Shown here in pieces: positions 62,001-64,000 of a stretch of 64,000 bases of DNA. This stretch comes from Bugula neritina (lineage: Eukaryota; Animalia; Bryozoa), in NCBI GenBank assembly GCA_964035545.1, contig OZ037770.1:4682662-4746661 (forward strand). The letters run 5' to 3'. Positions within the stretch are counted from its first letter, which is position 1, and the number at the start of each line of letters is the position of its first letter. The translations under genes and the position numbers were made by a program. The notes beneath the pieces are model-generated. The model did not search any database. It was not told where the DNA came from and saw only the letters and a program-made list of their open reading frames with translations.

Positions 62001-63137
62001 AAATTTCTTTTTTACTCATCACGGTGCAAGTTTGAATGCGTTTGTTTTTCTTGCAGCAAACATTGATGTGAATCCAGACAGATCAGGTCTTGCAGCAGCT
62101 CAAGAAGAAGAAACTGAAGCTGTCTCTTCTACACATTCTGAAGCTGATGGTGATATTGTATATCCTGAAACACCCATTGTAATGAGACCCATCAGACCTG
62201 TCTCACCACCAGAATATAGAGTAGAAGAACACATGACAAGACTGGATATTGATAATCTTCTTGTTCTGAAGAGTAACGTCTGCTGTAAGTATAATAAGAG
62301 ACAATGATAGGCTGATATTTCTAAACTGTTGTACTTTGTCACCTATCTAAAAATTGTTCTTTGCCGTTTTCTTGCGTTACTTCCACATTTTTAATCTTGT
62401 TGATTTGATAAGCTTCTAAACTGAGGTGACTAAAATGTTTTCTAGAACTTTGAAATTTAAATTGTGTTACACTTTAGCTTAAAACATCTTATACTTTGTC
62501 TGACTAGACCATGATTTTGGCTGCATTTAAAATTATTATAGCATCAAAAAGACATCCTGAGTATGGATCTCCCATGATTAGAGTCCTAGTATCTTCAATC
62601 TACAAACATGCCTGTCACCGTGATCTCTACACCATCTTTCAGCAGGCAAGTTAAAAGCTCAAAAGTTTTTTTGCTGTTTTAACTTTTACGCCAGAAACTA
62701 TTTCTCATCGTGGCACCTCTTTCATCTCCATGTTCAAACCATTATGTCATTTGAAAGAAACAATTTAAGTTGTTCTGAGTACGAGAGAAAGTCATTCAGT
62801 GCTTTACTCGTTTGAATCGTAACTAGTCCCCTTTATCAAATGACATTACTGTAGTGGACAACTCCAAAAGTTTTACTACTCAGAATTGTTAAAGTAGGAT
62901 GCAATATTCTAACAGCTCAGAGTTGTACCTTATTACTTATGATAGTGAATTTATGAACAGTCTTACTAGTCATTACTTACTCTACAGGTACAGACTAAAT
63001 TAGTGAAGAAACTGTATGCAGATAAAGATTCAGAGAAAAGCAGAAATTTGATTGTAATCTGGAATACTTTTCCTCCCCGTAAAAGACTTCACCTGTTTCC
63101 AGGCTTTGATGGATTTGGTGAAGAGGCCAAATCTTAA
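47008..63137 (+). CDS. ROCO-caspase paralogue 2: LRR-Roc-COR-caspase, ~1301 aa, catalytic dyad intact
   Basis: Exons 47008-47020, 47448-47679, LRR cassettes 48277-48414, 53197-53334, 54758-54895, 55332-55469, then 57099-59101, 59343-59429, 60070-60221, 61290-61460, 61697-61910, 62057-62284, 62542-62645 (GC donor), 62988-63137 (TAA). Total 3906 nt, open. MTHG (CAT 61778-61780) and QACSG (61895-61909). Confidence 0.85.
48277..48414 (+). CDS. LRR cassette exon A of paralogue 2
   Basis: 138 bp. VCQLTQLEKLDIGWNPLNTVPEVVSSLTSLKELVMWSCGLSTLPE. Confidence 0.9.
49673..53060 (+). mobile_element. 5'-truncated CR1/L2-group LINE (ORF1 end plus APE-RT ORF2, decayed)
   Basis: ORF1-like tail TPDLSPEERDRDYKL; endonuclease motifs (CETKLD, GGGVL, DFN, TLDLI, SDHF); RT QGSVLGPLLF and YADD; in-frame stops; 3' (GATGA)n tail at ~53035-53064. 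Possible TSD ATGACGT (49666-49672 and 53061-53067). Confidence 0.9.
53197..53334 (+). CDS. LRR cassette exon B of paralogue 2
   Basis: 138 bp. LCQLTQLENLYIAGNPFNTVPKVVSSLTSLEELDMRICKLSALPE. Confidence 0.9.
54758..54895 (+). CDS. LRR cassette exon C of paralogue 2
   Basis: 138 bp. LCELTQLEKLHIAGNPLNTVPEVVSSLTSLEELDMRMCELSNLPE. Confidence 0.9.
55332..55469 (+). CDS. LRR cassette exon D of paralogue 2
   Basis: 138 bp. LCQLTQLEKLDIEGNPLNTVPEVVSSLTSLKELNMQSCEISTLPE. Confidence 0.9.
57099..59101 (+). CDS. Large exon of paralogue 2: last LRRs, Roc GTPase and COR
   Basis: 2003 bp. GNTMAGKTSL, IDMGGQ, THKD, YMHDCGKVLWY; collinear with 19926-21928. Confidence 0.92.
59459..59880. mobile_element. MITE/foldback element with internal hairpin (intronic)
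   Basis: 24-bp perfect TIR GGTCATTTTACTTAATTTAGTACA / TGTACTAAATTAAGTAAAATGACC, with ATGT on both flanks. Internal ~80-bp inverted repeat at 59500-59700. Absent from the matching intron of paralogue 1. Confidence 0.8.
61290..63137 (+). CDS. Caspase (peptidase C14A) domain exons of paralogue 2
   Basis: RGRALIINN, CREGSDAD, MTHG, QACSG, SKRHPEYGS, KRLHLFPG. The His/Cys dyad and the Arg/Gln/Arg S1-pocket residues are present. Confidence 0.88.
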
Positions 63138-64000
63138 CTCAATACATGACTCTATTTGTAATTTGCACAACACTCAGTTTAAGTTTGACTAAAATCCCGT
63201 AACCATTGAACCTAAACAGATAGTGAGTTTGTGCAAATGGGTGATGTTTACTCAACAGTCAAATTATCTATCAACGATTTTTAACTTTTGTATCTTATTT
63301 TGAGTATAGAGCTATATACTGATAACATTTACTTCTGTAGATTAGCTTGTGATGTCATCTCATATTGAATAATCATATTATATGGTATGCTGTCCTGTCA
63401 GATTACATGTATTATATAATCAGTTCACTTGTGAATTTGTATGTTTTGCCTATATAGATTACTATGTTATAGTATTTAGTATAATATGGTTGCAGTTGAT
63501 TTTATGTCCTGTAAAACATTAACCATTCCCGCTTATATGGTTTTTACTTAGCCAAATTTTTGTTTTGTTTATATTTTGATGTGACACTAAGCACTGACTA
63601 TGTTGTTTCATCCACATGTTCTAATGCCTATGCTAACATTATTATCATAATTGCAGTAGCTTGCTAGTATATATCGAAGTTTGCTTTTTATATTTTATCA
63701 ATAAATTTATTCAAATATTTTATGTGAAAATTGTTTGCTGATATGATTTCAAGGTCTGAATATTTTACTTCAATAATCTGTGACTAAAGAAACGAGTCCA
63801 TTATCTACAAATAATAGTTATGAAATCAGTCATTTTCTTATCTGCATCTGCAACCAATCAATTCTCAAATGAGCTAATGAAATGATGACATTATTCTTTA
63901 TTTAATGCTATTCAGACATTATGTGCAGATGGGGCTCATTAGTCTGTGAAGACAGCTCATTTAGGAGAAGAAACATTCTGATCTCAAACCTCTGCTGCCT

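Larger units (their letters stand above)
45620..64000 (+). repeat. Segmental tandem duplication of 1-~25850
   Basis: Collinear similarity of upstream DNA (1-220 plus 3460-4660 vs 45620-47005), introns, exons and 3' flank (24972-25850 vs 63138-64000), interrupted by copy-specific transposon insertions. Confidence 0.9.

Noticed and set aside
1-64000. Assigning a species or phylum
   Set aside because: Gene content indicates an invertebrate animal, but nothing in the window supports a specific taxon without a database search.

Overview
AT-rich, intron-rich animal (invertebrate-like) genomic DNA, not prokaryotic. It holds two tandem + strand paralogues of a multi-exon gene, assembled by hand from splice sites, with the architecture N-terminal cap - LRR array - Roc GTPase - COR - caspase (p20+p10): copy 1 at 4663-24971 (~1450 aa) and copy 2 at 47008-63137 (~1301 aa). 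The LRR array is built from 138-bp, phase-2/phase-2 cassette exons (7 in copy 1, 4 in copy 2). Each encodes two 23-aa LRRs with a near-invariant framework and hypervariable concave-face residues. The flanking introns fall into three repeated types, and scars of lost cassettes are visible, pointing to exon and half-exon shuffling. Copy 2 keeps the caspase His/Cys dyad (THG, QACSG). Copy 1 has lost the His (TLG, EACSG) and looks like a pseudo-caspase or decoy. Together this resembles a single-chain, variable-receptor 'ROCO-caspase' immune sensor/executor system; that function is inference. Between the copies lies a minus-strand proline/hydroxyproline dehydrogenase (PRODH2-like) gene. Also present: a decayed Academ-like DNA transposon, a Ty3/Gypsy element with an extra zinc-finger ORF, a second Gypsy relic, CR1-like and RTE-like LINE relics, several MITEs and two minisatellites.
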